A DNA stretch of 64,000 nucleotides. Origin: the human T2T-CHM13v2.0 reference genome, Homo sapiens. Position 1 is the first letter of the stretch; each line of letters begins with the position of its first letter. The translations under genes and the position numbers were made by a program. Location of the stretch: assembly GCF_009914755.1 (NCBI RefSeq), contig NC_060930.1; one strand, given 5' to 3'. Under the pieces are notes generated by a model, which saw only the letters and a list, made by a program, of their open reading frames with translations, was not told where the DNA came from and ran no database searches. Below are positions 39,936-54,220 of the stretch, piece after piece.

Positions 39936-40572
39936 AAGATTCATTTTTTGGAAAAAAATGAATTTAAGGATCATTAGTATACCACCAAATTTGCTGGAGA
40001 ATTTGGGAACTACTGATAAAGAATAAAATTTTTATATTTCAAATTTTTCTGAATTGACATCGATGTAAAAAATCTGTATATCAGTCATCTTGGAACTAAC
40101 AGCAGCCTTTTTTCTTACTGTGAATTTCTTTAGTACGTTCCTGACTATTGTGTTCTTACAGAACCAAGAGCATATTTGCTAATGTTTTAAATTTATTTTC
40201 TAATTACTTCATAAGACATATCTTGCCAATTTGTTAGTTGCTTCTAAGTAAAGTCCCTTCTTTTCTTTTATAGTCTACACAGTTCCAATAGGAGATAGAC
40301 AACCAGGATTCTGGGCCATGATCTGATTTTTTGTTTGATTACCCTGAGAAAATTAAGATATTTCTCTGTGATGAGAGGCCTCATTGCTAACATACAGATA
40401 GTATCTCCTACCTGACCTATCACACAGTTTTGTTTCATTAATTGAATGAGAACGACACATCTGAAACTACTTTATAAACTGTAAATTTCTATAAAATTGA
40501 ATAGTGTCATTAATGTGCTGCTGGGCACATTTGATACATGCCTAAAGTATGAATAATTACTTAGCAAGTAGA

Positions 40573-40573
40573 A

Positions 40574-40614
<41 letters not shown>

Positions 40615-40667
40615 ATATATATATATATATATGTGTATATATATATATATGTGTGTATATATATATA

Positions 40668-40699
<32 letters not shown>

Positions 40700-40713
40700 C
40701 ATACACACACACA
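40573..40713. repeat. Long interrupted (TA)n microsatellite with GTGT interruptions, ending in (CA)n
   Basis: Directly visible; ~140 bp of alternating purine-pyrimidine. Confidence 0.97.
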
Positions 40714-42938
40714 CTTAATTTGAATTTTTATTACAAACAATCAGGAGCTGTTTTTCATTTTATAATCTTTGGCTAACTAGTTGGGTAATTGTAGGTAAAC
40801 CCACTCTCTTTCCTCAGTTGCATCTATAAAATGGAGCTGATACTTCAGATATTACTGTAAATACTAAATAATGTGAATGCATGTATCAATTCTTATCAGT
40901 ACATACTGTAGAATATTATTAATCAACATTGTACTTTTCAATATTTAATTATGAAAATTTCTAAAAGTACAGGGAACTCCCACATACACTGCACCTAGTT
41001 AATATTTCATGATACTGCCTTTATTACATATGCACCCTTTCATCAATCCATCAAAACTTCCTTTTAATAACAATATCGAATTTTCTATCTTCAAGGACCT
41101 TAAATAGTATATAATCCAGGCACTTCCTTTTATAGATGCTGAAACAGAAGGACGCAGACTGGCAGCGGCCCACAAACACATGCCTTTCATAGTGCAAACT
41201 TACTTTTATGGGATGTTGATGTTGTTTTTTAATGGATGCTCAAGCTTCGGATACATGAACGAAAATCATTTTAAATAAAAACAAAAAGAAAGGGGTTTTT
41301 CCATCTCTACACTACACATTGGATTTTCTACACAGAAGCTGTACGTGAAGGATCAAAGCTCATTCCTGCATTCCAGCAAGCAATTTCTACAAGTGCATCT
41401 ACATTTCTGTGACAATCCGCTTCTCCTAACCCTTCCCATCATCCAGTGAAGTATTAGCATGTGAAAAATTGCATCTGTCAGAAATGTAAAAATAATCATG
41501 CCCACCTTGGTCTTTTCTATTTAATAATTTGGGCCATGGATTGGTAACCTTTGTTTTGCTTACTGTGCAGTCACAAATTACTTTTATAGATCAAGAGAAC
41601 TTGAACTTTCAAAAGTGCTGTTTTAGCTTAAAATGTTATGATTTAGATATTCTGTTTATATAAGAAGAAACTAGTGACGAATATAGTAAGCATTTTTTTT
41701 CATTCTTCACTTAAATTGTTGCCTTAACATAGGGTTTCTTCTTTTAAAATAGTAGCAAACTTATAGAAGACTGTTTAACTGCATATGTGGGTACTATGCA
41801 GTCAATTAGCCATAGAAGAAATAATACAGGACTTCCAAAGTAATGCCAATGGTCTATAATCTCGTCACGTTACAATGTCTATCACTTAATGTATGTGGAT
41901 TTTAGGGGACTCATTTGGGATCTTTAAATCATATTCAATTCTCTATTATGATACTTGGGAAGTTAAATAATCATGTTGTTTTCCATTAAACTAGAAAAAG
42001 CTAATGTATTTTCAAATAGCAATGGAAAGGTGACATGAGATAAGCCTTTTAGATTACTATTGTTTTTCCTAGGTTACTGGCCTAAAAAGAAATAGAAGGT
42101 TTATACAAATGTGGAAAGAATGCCTACCAGATAAACTATTGTTCATATCTACAGTTTATTATTTGATAATTTCCAATTTAACTTAGTCTTTTGACTTAGC
42201 TTTTTTTAGTCATTGCAGGCTTTAATATTTGATAACTGGTTCAGTGTCACAAAATAGTTTCTTCATATAAAAGCAATTTTATATGATAGATATATAAGTC
42301 ATTCTTATATCCTCTTCACTGTTCCAATTAAAATGTCTACAGTATAAAAATTTACTGGATTACTTTTTCTTTTATTTTCTTAACTGCTAAATGGGATATA
42401 ATCATTTGTCAGAACATTTTAAAAATTCTTCAAGATAGCTAAAATCATTTTCTTCATAACTCACCCCCAAATATTGCCACAAAGTAAGTAAATACTGTGC
42501 ATTCTTGATTTCATTTTGCTGTTGGGGAAATCAAAACATTAGCATAAGTCAAGTGATTATGTCAAGAATTACTTACAAAATGCAGAAAAAAATTGTTTTA
42601 AAAAGCCAGTCTTCTAACTCTCAGAGTATTGTTCCATAATATTTCAACACACATACCAGAAAACAAACCAATTTCATATCTTTTGGAAGCACCATTCAAG
42701 AAAAGCAGCATGATCTTTAATGACAACAAATCTGTTTTTCTCCTAGGTCATAGCATCATGTTTGTCTTTATCAAAAAAAAAGAAAAAAGCAAGGGATAAT
42801 GATTGTGGAATCACGAAATGTGAGATAACGAACAAATAACAGAAAGAAGGAACACATGAGGGAAAACGCAATCAGAGTGTATCACTCTTACTCAATGTGC
42901 TTCAGAAATGGATTCTGAAGCGATACATTGTTTTGATC

Positions 42939-43453
42939 TGTGATGGGTAACTTGACTGGGATAAGGGAAGCCCAGATAGCAGGTAAAACAGTATTTCTGG
43001 GCGTATCTCTGGGGGCTTTTCTAGAGAGATTAGCATTTGAATCAATAGACTGAATAAAGAAGATCACCCTCACCAATGTGGGTGGGTGTCATCCCATCCG
43101 CTAAGAACTAAAATAGAATAACAATGTGGAGGAAGGCTGAATTTGCTGTTTGCTTGAGCTGGTACATCCGCTGGTGCTCCTGGTTCTTGGGCCTTTTGAT
43201 TTGGACTGAGACTTATACCATCAGCCTCTCCTAATTCTCAGGCCTTCATACTTGGATTGACATGTATACCATTGGCTCCCTGGTTCTCAGGCCTTTGGGT
43301 ATGGACTGGAACTTCACCACCAGCTTGCCTGGGTCTCTAGCTTGCAGATAGTAGACTGTGGGACTTCTCAGCATCCATAACCACATAAGTCAATTGCTCA
43401 TAATAATTTTCCTTTTATTGATTCTGTTTCTTCAGAGAACCTTGACTAATATG
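42939..43453 (+). mobile_element. MLT2C/D-like ERVL solo LTR
   Basis: tgtgatgg...aacttgactggg...cccagatagcaggtaaaaca...gagattagcatttgaatc...agagaaccttgactaata. Confidence 0.88.
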
Positions 43454-44422
43454 ACATCTGCAACAGTTTTTCCCTCCACTCTTTCTTATTCTGTTTACAT
43501 TCATAGTGATCATACTTGAAAGAGAAAGGTCAATACTAATCATACTTCACTCATACCCTCTGGTCCTGTGTATGAGAACCCTCCACTAAGGCCAGAGCAG
43601 GGTGTGAAAGGAAGTGAAGACAGATAATACTCATGAAATGCTGTCAGACTGACTGCTGAATCCCATTTGTAGCACAACCCTCTCTGAAAGCTGGTAAATC
43701 TGTATTCCATATGATACTACACCCTTCTATACGATGAATGATGAAAAATGGTGTGCAGGGAGGCACAATTCCCAGGGCAATATCTTTGATTAGCACTCCG
43801 ATTGTAAGATCCCCTTCACCCAGAATCACGCAGGAGCTGGGTAAGACTGGAGCAGCACTTAGGAAATGAAGTTCCTCTAACTTCCCTTACATGTTGATTT
43901 TACTGTTTGATACAACACAGTGGTTTTTTCTCAATAACTTTGTCATGGAAGATTTCTAGGCACTGGCCAATGGCAACATCCCTAACTAAATTCGTGCAAC
44001 TTAATTTCCTTAGGAAATACATCTAACATTTGTTGATGTAGAACTTGCTTACTGCAGTTCAGTGCAATGGAAACACAAACAGTATTGTTAATTAATCTGT
44101 TTGCAATTTTATTCTGGTTCACATCTCTAAGAAGTGTATCTCATAAGTCTTTGAATGTAGTAGCTATAAACCGGCCTTAAGCTTTCATGTTTATCCTAAT
44201 TTGAGGCACTTTTCACAAAATATTTTATACCTGCTATACACTACTTATGATCAACTTAAATTTACAATTGTCATTCGAGATTTTTGCTTTTAAATTTTAT
44301 TGTAATACATCAGCTTTGGAACTTTGACAACACGTTATTTGCCTCCTGTGGGGGTGCCTTGGTGTGCTGTAGGGTTCCGTGGTTGATATGATATAATCAG
44401 AGTGTGTGCTAAGATGTCCTAT

Positions 44423-45806
44423 TGTGTCGAGAATTGGGGGGTTTTTGGTCTCACTAACTTCAAGAATGAAGCCACGGACCCTCGTGGTGAGTGTTACAGC
44501 TCTTAAGGTGGCACAGCTGGAGTTTGTTTCTTCATGATATTCGGATGCGTTAGGAGTTTGTTTCTTCTGGTGGGTTCGTGGTCTCACTGGTTCAGGAGTG
44601 AAGCCGCAGACCTTCGCGGTGAGTCTTACAGCTCTTAAGACGGCACGTCTGGAGTTGTTCGTTTCTCCTGGTGAGCTCATGGTCTCGCTGGTTTCAGAAA
44701 CAAAGCTGAAGACCTTCGCGGTGAGTGTTACAACTCTTAAAAGCAGTATGGACCCAAAAAGTGAGCAGTAGCAAGATTTATTGCAAAGAGCAAAAGAACA
44801 AAGCTCCCACAGTGTGGAATAGGACCCACAGCGGGTTGCCACTGCTGGTTCCGGCAGCCTGCTTTTATTCTCTTATCTGGCCCCACCCTCATCCTGCTGA
44901 TTGGTAGAGCCCAGTGGTCTGTTTTGACAGGGCGCTGATTGGTGCGTTTACAATCCCTGAGCTAGACATAAAGGTTCTCCACGTCCCCACCAGATTAGCT
45001 AGATACACAGTGTCTGACACAAATGTTCTCCAAGGCCCCACCAAAGTAGCTAGATACAGAGTGTCAATTGGTGCATTCACAAACCCTGAGCTAGACACAG
45101 GGTGCTGATTGGCGTATTTACAATCCCTGAGCTAGACATAAAGGTTCTCCACGTCCCCACCAGACTCAGGAGCCCAGCTGGCTTCACCCAGTGGATTCCG
45201 CACAGGGGCTGCAGGTGGAGCTGCCTGCCGGTCCCGCGCCGTGCGCCCCCACTCCTCAGCCCTTGGGTGGTCGACGGGACTGGGCGCCGTGGAGCAGGGG
45301 GCAGCGCTCACCGGGGAGGCTCGGGCACAGGAGCCCACGGAGGGGGTGGGCGGCTCAGGCATGGCGGGCTGCAGTCCCGAATCCTGCCCCGCGGGAAGGC
45401 AGCTAAGGCCCGGTGAGAAATCGAGAGCAGCGCCGGCGGGCTGGCACTGCTGGGGGACCCAGTACACCCTCCACAGCCACTGGCCCGGGTGCCAAGCCCC
45501 TCATTGCCCGGGGCCGGCAGGGCCGGCTGCTCCGAGTGCGGGGCCCGCCAAGCCCACGCCCACCCGGAACTCCAGCTGGCCCGCAAGCGCCGCGCGCAGC
45601 CCCGGTTCCCGCTCGCGCCTCTCCCTCCACACCTCCCTGCAAGCTGAGGGAGCCGGCTCCCGCCTTGGCCAGCCCAGAAGGAGGCTCCCAGGGTGCAGCG
45701 GTGGGCTGAAGGGCTCCTCAAGTGCCGCCAAAGTGGGAGTCCAGGCAGAGGAGGCGCCGAGAGGGAGCGAGGGCTGTGAGGACTGCCAGCACGCTGTCAC
45801 CTCTCA
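44423..45806 (-). mobile_element. LTR12C (ERV9) solo LTR, full length, CpG-rich
   Basis: Element strand starts TGAGAGGTGACAGCGTGCTGGCAGTCCTC and ends ...GACACA. U3 tandem repeats with CCAAT boxes, U5 repeats (gaccttcgcggtgagtgttacagctcttaa). 4-bp TSD CTAT/CCAT. Confidence 0.95.
44860..45115 (-). promoter_or_regulatory. LTR12 promoter: CCAAT (NF-Y) boxes, GATA site and AATAAAA TATA-like element, directing transcription leftward
   Basis: ATTGG at 44900, 44938, 45067 and 45108; cttatct at ~44872; ttttatt at 44863-69. Matches known ERV9 LTR architecture. Confidence 0.6.
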
Positions 45807-46450
45807 CCATCAGATGGAAGAACAAGGATCCAAGTCTTGACTGAGAGAATCTGAAAGCCATACATGTCAACTAACCTTCCCTCTCACAGCTTTGTCTGGG
45901 GCATTCAGCATGAAATTAACTATGACCTATATAGCTTGACTGTACTCCATCTCTAGATGTAAACCTCAATCAAATGTTTTTCTTTTGTGTAATGAAGACT
46001 AGCTTTTTGCAATGAATTTTACCTACCTGTTGGAAAGTAGGAAAGTTATTTTCTTACTTTTCAGAAAAAAAAATTCACTCCCAGTAGCTATGTATCTATT
46101 TATACATACAACATGATTAGAATATTTGAGAGGAATAGAAGTCTTCTTTTCTGCTTTTCCCCCCTTCCCTCAATAAATTCAGCTCCTTACACAACAGCTG
46201 CTTTTTATCTGATGATTTTTAGTTTATTCGTGTGTAGAAAGGGAATGCTATTTTGAGTGAGATTTGTGCTTCCTTATTAAGTCTGCTGCAATGATTACAA
46301 ATGCTCTCCCTTAAGAAGGGGCGGGTGCCTTTTCAAGAGGTTGACCTGCTAAGTTCAAGGGATGTCCCCTCTCCCTTCTAGATCCCTGATCTCATTAAAA
46401 TAACAGTTGTTAATTTTGATTTGTATTTTAGAGCTTCAGAAGGGAGTCTA

Positions 46451-46824
<374 letters not shown>

Positions 46825-48596
46825 TCACAGGTGCTGAGTGTTTCTTATTTTACCACCTGTTGATTCTATATCTATAATTCTGAGTTATAGGTGCTCTATG
46901 TATGTAGGACGGATTATTTATGTAACTCTTTGACCTTTCTTCTAATGCATACAGGTGATCTAGTAAGGGCAGCCAGAGAAGAGTAAGCCATCAACCAACA
47001 GAACAAAGGCTCTTTACTTGGGGATTGCATAATAATAACCTCCACTGTCGATTAAGTTTCCTTGTCTAATGTGCTGCTGGTGGGATCAGCTCTGGTCACA
47101 GACCACTGTAGGAAACTGATGGAACAAATTCTAAATGCCCAAGGGAACAATCAGGACCTGAAATGGAAAAGTAGTAGGAATACATGAGTGGATGCTTTTA
47201 TCACCAATATCTGAGAAATTGTGCAATTCCCCGAGGACTTAATGTTAGGATAGCAGCATTTCTTAATACTTTAGGCTCTGCCTAGCATCTTAAGTACCTG
47301 AAATTCCTACTTTCTTCTACTTCCCTGAAGGAGCCCAAACAGGAAACATACCCTCAGAGTCCCACCAGTTATGACCCACCAACATACATATCACAAAGTC
47401 TACTGCAATTCACCCCGGTTGGAAACCTTGTTATAAGGGGTTATTAGAAATTATTTAAAAAGTACATTTGGTTTTGTTTTGAAAAAAAGTTTACAATACT
47501 TAATAGGCTTTTTCAAAGTACACTTAAGCCAAGATTCCAGTTAACCCCAGGCTCGCACTGATGGTTAAGAAAACAAGAGTTTGAATTTGCATTGTTTTCT
47601 GAAGCCCTTATTTCTTCTTGCTACCTTTTGATTTGATGGAGAAGATAAACTGAGTTTCCAGTTTTTAGGTGATTTTAAGAGGTTTTAAAAATATATTGCA
47701 TTCAATCCATGATACTGAGCTTTTCATAGCCTCATTGTAAAAATGCCCAACTAGGCAAGTAAAGTGAAAAAAGAAAATTTGTTCAGATCAAGTCAAGTGA
47801 AAGTATTTTGTCAACCTTGGTAAGTTTTTTCCTTTTTTCTCTTTTATGCATATTCTTTCCTACAAACTCTCAATTCCAGAAAATTCTTTTTCCTAGAATA
47901 ATCCAGCTTGTCTGGAAGTGAACTGCACTTAAGACATTGGTATTGCTGCCAAGAAAAAAGGATCCCATGCTGAGCTAAGGAAGAATAATAATGAAGGGAC
48001 AGCATGATAAACCATCGACTGACCGCAAAATGAAGCAGGCTTATTTCCTGCAGGTTTTTTCCATGGTTTTAGTCAGTTTTCCTTTATTGTGACTTTGCTG
48101 GGGGACGGGGTGGATAATCCATGCAAAGTGTTTCCAATTTAATTGGCCAAAGAGTATTTCTTCAAGAAATATCTTAAAGATGCAGTGTTTAGCAGAATAA
48201 TGTTGAGAAAGCTGTCAACAACCCCTTCACAACTTGGCATCCTATTTTTTGTATTCATGCTTTACATTTGTGCTGTTTAATTTTTTTAATCTTTGTGTTT
48301 AATCTCCTCTTCTAAGTGTAAGTGATTTCCTGACACCCATTTTTTTTACACCCCTGGAATAATGTGTATTCGTCAGTTTCAGAATCCTAAATGGTGTAAG
48401 AAAATCAGGTAGATTCAACATTTTAAAACATGCTGGTTGGTTATTTCCACTTTGTCTTTTGTGAACTCCCTGATCATTTTGTTTCTAGGTTTTTTTTAAC
48501 TCTACACATTAAAATATAATTCAAAATGTGGCAATAGTTATATATAGAGAAGTGAATATATCAGCATTTATAATAAAAAAAGTAAACAAACACATG

Positions 48597-50620
48597 CATG
48601 CATTAGGTATTTGTCCTAATACCCTCCCTCCTGTCTGCCCTCAACCCCTACAGGCGCTGGTTGTGCTATTCCTCTCCCTGTGTCCATGCGTTCTTCCCCT
48701 CCCTGTGTCCATGTGTTCTCACTATTCAACTCCCACTTATGTGTGAAAACATGTGGTATTTGCTTTTCTGTTTCTGTGTTAGTTTGCTGAGTTTGAAGGC
48801 TTCCAGCTTCATCTATGTCTGTGCAAAGGACGTGATCTCATTCTTTTTTATGGCTGCATAGTATTCCATGCCACATTTTCTTTGTTCAGTCTAACATTGA
48901 TGGGCATTTTGGTTGGTTCCAAGTCTTTGCTATTGTAAATAGTGTTGCAATAAACATACATCTGCATGTGTCTTTATAGTAGAATGATTTTTAATCATTT
49001 GGGTATATACTCAGTAATGGGATTGCTGGGTCAAATGGTATTTCTGGTTCTTGGTCCTTGAGAAATCACCACATTGTCTTCTACAATGGTTGAACTAATT
49101 TACACTCTTGCCAACGGTGCAGAAGCATTCCTATTTCTCCACACCCTCACCAGCATCTATTGTTTCCTGACTTTTTAATAATTGTCGTTCTGACTGGCAT
49201 GAGATGGTATCTCATTGTGGTTTTGATTTGAATTTCTCTAATGATCAGTGATGATGAGCTTTTTTTCATATGTTTGTTGGCTGCATAAATGTCTTCTTTT
49301 GAGAAGTGCCTGTTCATATCCTTTGCCCACTTTTTGATGGGGTTGTTTTTTTCTTGTAAATTTGTTTAAGTTCCTTATAGATTCTGGATATTAGACCTTT
49401 GTCAGATGGGTAGATGGCAAAAATTTTCTCCCATTCCTTAGGTTACTTGTTCACTCTGATGCTAGTTTCTTTTGCTGTCCAGATGCTCCTTAGTTTAATT
49501 AGATTCCATTTGTCAATTTTGGCTTTTGTTGCAATTGCTTTTGGTGTTTTAGTCATGAAGTCTTTGCCCATGCCTATGTCCTGAATGGTATTGCCTAGGT
49601 TTTCTTCTAGGGTTTTTATGGTTTTGGGTTTTCCCCTAAGTCTTTAATCCATCTTGAGTTAATTTTTGTGTCAGTTGTAAGGAAAGAGTCCAGTTTCAGT
49701 TCTCTGCATATGGCTAGCCAGTTTTCCCAGCACCATTTATGAAATATGGTATCCTTTCCCCATTGCTTGTTTTTGTCAGGTTTGTCAAAGATCAGATGGT
49801 TGTAGATTTGTGGTGTTATTTCTGAGGTCTCTGTTCTGTTCTATTGGTCTATACATCTGTTTTGGTACCAATACCATGCTGTTTTGGTTATTGCAGCCTT
49901 GTATATAGTTTGAAGTAAGGTAGCATGATGCCTCCAGTTTTTTTCTTTTGCTTAGGATTGTCTTGGCTATACAGGCTTTTTTTTTGGTTCTATATGAAAT
50001 TTATAGTAGTTTTTTTTTTCTAACTCTGTGAAGAAAGTCAGTGGTAGCTTGATGGGAATAGCATCAAGTCTATAAATTACTTTGGGCAGTATGGCCATTT
50101 TCATAATATTGATTCTTCCTGTCTGTAAGCATGGAATGTTTTTTCCATTTGTTTGTGTCCTCTCTTATTTCTTTGAGCAGTGGTGTGTAGTTCTCCTTGA
50201 AGCGGTCCTTCAGTCCCTTGTAAGTTGTATTCCTAGGAATTTTATTCTCTTTGTAGCAATTGTGAATGGGAGTTTTTTCACGGTTTGGCTCTTTGCTTGT
50301 CTATTATTGTTGGTGTATAGGAATGCTTGTGATTTTTGCACATTGATTTTGTATCCTGAGACTTTGCTGAAGTTGCTTATCAGCTTAAGGAGTTTGGGGG
50401 CTGAGACAATGGGATTTTCTTAATATAGAATCAAGTCATCTGCAAACAGAGTCAATTTGATTTCCTCTCTTCCTGTTTTAATACTCCTTATTTCTTTCTT
50501 TTGCCTGATTGCCCTGGCCAGAATTTCCAATACTATGTCGAACAGGAGTGCTGAGAGAGGGCATCCTGGTCTTGTGCCAGTTTTCAAAGGGAATGCTTCC
50601 AGCTTTTGCCCATTCAGTAT
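48597..50620 (-). mobile_element. L1PA7/8-like fragment (ORF2 RT to 3'UTR), truncated at both ends
   Basis: catgcattaggtatttgtcctaat...; LFADD motif on the minus strand near 50430-50450; no poly(A) end visible. Confidence 0.92.
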
Positions 50621-51610
50621 AATTCGTCTACTGTTATTTTAATTAGTCAGCAATATACGAATCATTTTAAACTTCCCCCACTTGACATTTCCTTCACAAT
50701 CAGGGAAGAGAAGATAATTGGAGCAGTATAATAATTCGGAAGGACTTTCTTTAACATTTTGTTTGTTGCTATGTTAAGAACATAAAACTGGCTCAAGTAT
50801 TTAGGGCAACATAAATTCTTCAAATCTAGCTAAGCTTAAGGGAGCATAAATTATAATTTAATATATTCCCAGTCTTACTTGATTTTCTTCCAAGCATATT
50901 AAAAAGAATGGTTGAAAAAATAATTTCTGCTCTCTTCTTCCAAATAATAATTCAAAAACCAAACCAGAACCAATTTCAAAACTTTAGGAGAACACACGTG
51001 AGTTTATACTTAACTTCTAATGATAAAAGTTAACCAAGAACAATGCTATAGAGTTTCTTGATTCATTTCAATATCTTCTAAACCTAAAACTAGAATAGAA
51101 TTTGGGTTATATGAATGAAAATTCCTTTCAGTTTTAAAAGCAATTATTACAGAAAATCATAAACTTCTCTGAAATTCTGTTTTAACTTTTCTCTTGTTTT
51201 TTAAAATTTGTGTATCTTCCATGAAACATGTCTACTTTAGTGAAAGGCACTTATAATTGGGATTTTGAAGAGTCATCACAAGGATTGATAGCTTTCATTG
51301 TATTGTTGCTGAGAGATGGCTAAAGCCTTTCCATTTGAAATCATTCCTTACATGAGACTAGAAAAGTGGTTTATTCAATAATGTAAAGGGAAACCTATAC
51401 TTTGAAAGATGAGAGCAATCAGTGGCTGTGTTAGGTTGGGGGCAATTCCATTCCTTGCAATTTCTGCAACAAAATTTGTGTGGTATTAAAAAGTCTGTGC
51501 AATAACTCAGATGTTTAACTTAAGATATAATTTTAATTATTGGTGGCACTCTTTTCAAGTGATTTTTAAACTGTGTAAATAAACTGTATAACAACAAATT
51601 TGTCATGGTC

Positions 51611-52481
51611 TGTGCTGGTTATCAATTTACTGCATCTGGTCTGTAAATCCACCTTTGAGTACCAGCTCTGTGATAATGTACTGAACTCTCTAAGCATCTC
51701 TCCTATACAGGGACCACTATGTAAAGCTTGGTCAGAATTGGGTGCTGTAGGGGCATTGTAGGAGAAAGGGAGATTTCCTTCCTGGTTCTGTCGGGCCTTA
51801 TTTTGTTTTCTCATACTTCTGCAACACAGTTAGTCAATATGGTATGTGGGTAGAGACATCAGACACAGAGGGCACAGTTCCTCAGTGACTTTACAACCTT
51901 GGCCTGGGCTTGGAAATTCCCTTGCCTACAGGCTGTCTACATGCTTGAGGCCTAGAAACTGCAGGGTCACACCAATGTCCTCTAAGAAACCGTCCACCAA
52001 CTTTGACTCTTCGACAGCTTTCCTATGGCTCTGAAAGTTGCAGCAACCTCTGCTTGCCTGCAATCCAGAGGGTTGTTTTCTGTTTTCCTCCCAAAACGGC
52101 TGTCACTTGCTCCTCCTGGTCTCACACTTGCAGCGGCAGCCCTACTCTCTTTGTGTGTCTGCCTGTCAGCCTCAGCGTCCTTATACCCTGAAAATTTTAC
52201 TTCTGCTTATTCTCTGGCCTAGGAAAACCAGCAAACTTCTTTGCCTTCCAATGGACATAAAGCACATCTCCTCCAATGAGGTTGGAGCCTCAGCTTTGGG
52301 AGAGACTCCACTTCCAACTTTGTCCTCCCTTGAATACTCTCACTCATCCCTAGAGAACCCTTCAGAGTTCGATGTATATTTCTGTAGTAACTTTTATCAT
52401 AATTAAATAATGTTTCACGTTAAACTTCATCTTTTCAAATTACTGTGTGATATCTTTCTCCTGATTGGATCCTGACCTATA
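51611..52481 (+). mobile_element. LTR41-like ERVL solo LTR
   Basis: tgtgctggttatcaatttactgc...aaatccacc...ctctgtgataatg...ttcctggttc; 3' end ttcaaattactgtgtg...tctcctgattgga. Confidence 0.7.
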
Positions 52482-54039
52482 GATACTCTAAAAAGATATC
52501 AAGCTCCTATTCCTAGAGAAACACCACATTCTGTAACAGATACATCTTTTATTTTGTCATCTCATCCACAATTCAAATACTGGATCTATCCTGCAGGGTC
52601 ACCTTGGATAATTTAGTTAACTTCTCATAGCCTTATACTTACAACCCACGAAGATGTGAAGATGGAACACTTTCATGCATTTGGGATGCTAGTGCAGTGA
52701 TTATTACATAGTATGTGCTAAATAAGTGTAGATAACATATTAGCTAAAGGTATTTAAATGTAAATCAAATTACAAGAAATAAAATTCTATGGAGATTTTT
52801 GTATCGTAAAGTTTATTGTTAAATCTATAAGTAGTATACCTCCCTTAACTAGTTTAGCTACCATATATATAAGATTTCTCTTATATTACAAATCTACTAA
52901 AAGTTCCTTAAGGCATTTTACAGACACCAATACTGACTGAATTGAATAGTAATTGATTATGAGATTTTTTTTAGCCTTCATATGGATACTAATAATAAGA
53001 AGGAAAGATATGATAGTATCAATCAAATGATAGATGATTCTGGGAATTTTATGCTTTTCCCTGAAGGAGGGAGGCCTAAAAACTTCAGGGATAATGTTGG
53101 GCAAAAATGACTAATGCAAACAAAAAAAAATATCCTACAAACATAACTGACCAAACTTTGAAGACGTCTCACAACTATCCATTGGCAGATCTGGAATTAG
53201 ACTCCTGTTTTCCCGAGTCCAGTTCAGTTTGTTTCGAGACTAATTCAGACATGAGAGTGGTTATGCAATGGTGTAGACAGTTAAGAGTGATTATAAGGTA
53301 TTTCTCCACTTGGAAGCCCTTTGAATAAATTACATTCTGGTTTAAACAACAGATTATAGCTGAAATCATATCTAGAAGAAAAGGATTAAAACACCAAGGT
53401 CCAAGCAAACGAGGCATCTCCATTTTTGAAACTTGTTATTGGGTATAATTTAAAGTGAGTCCATATTATGTAAAAATGTGTATTACACAACATATAACCA
53501 AATTAAACTTAAATCATTTGCTAGTATGTTAACTGATGTGCGCTTATACTGCCGACATTTTGGGTTTCAGAACTGATTAATCCTAAATAGTGGTAGTCTT
53601 ATTGATTACCTGAGCTATGTTTCTTACCCCGCCTCCCAACTATACTGCCCTGCGTGGCTATACTAAAATGAAAAGAGCTAATACAGAACTTTAATTTGTG
53701 ATCTAATATTTTTCCACATTCAGAAGCAGGGCAATAAATGATAAAAAGAAAAATTACTACTAGGAAACATTCAATCCAGAAGTTTGTTATATGTCTGAGA
53801 AGAACATTTTATCTAATAAAAGTTTTTGAACAAGACTAAAAAAATACCAGGAAAAAATTAGCAGAAAAAAACCTGTAGGAGTGGGACAAACTAGATGACT
53901 TTCTTGTGACTAATTTCTCTAAAAGTGAAGATATGCAAATAAAAAGAACCTTGCGATGTAGGCCAACCAGTCTCAATAGTCATTAACCCAACATATTAAG
54001 TGTTATGGAGACAGCAGTCTGAAAAAGCAGAAAGAAAAT

Positions 54040-54220
54040 AGACTGTAAAATACGTAGTCTCTATCCTGCTGAATCTTATTTTTTCCATCTGTGTGATGGG
54101 AGTATTATAAGCTTTGTAAGATTTTTCTGGAGATTAAATAAAATAACATATGTTAAAAGCCTCTACCACTTCTCCTACCCACAGATCATATGTAAGGCGT
54201 TACAGACACTAAATAAAGAA
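54040..54220 (+). mobile_element. MIR fragment
   Basis: ttttccatctgtgtgatgggagtattata...ggagattaaataaaataacatatgttaaaagc. Confidence 0.6.

Noticed and set aside
40472-40776. YI/IY-repeat ORFs
   Set aside because: Translation of a (TA)n microsatellite
44297-45840. Many long ORFs (up to 199 aa) and a CpG-island-like region
   Set aside because: Explained by the GC-rich LTR12C sequence, which has few stop codons; not a gene or a host CpG-island promoter
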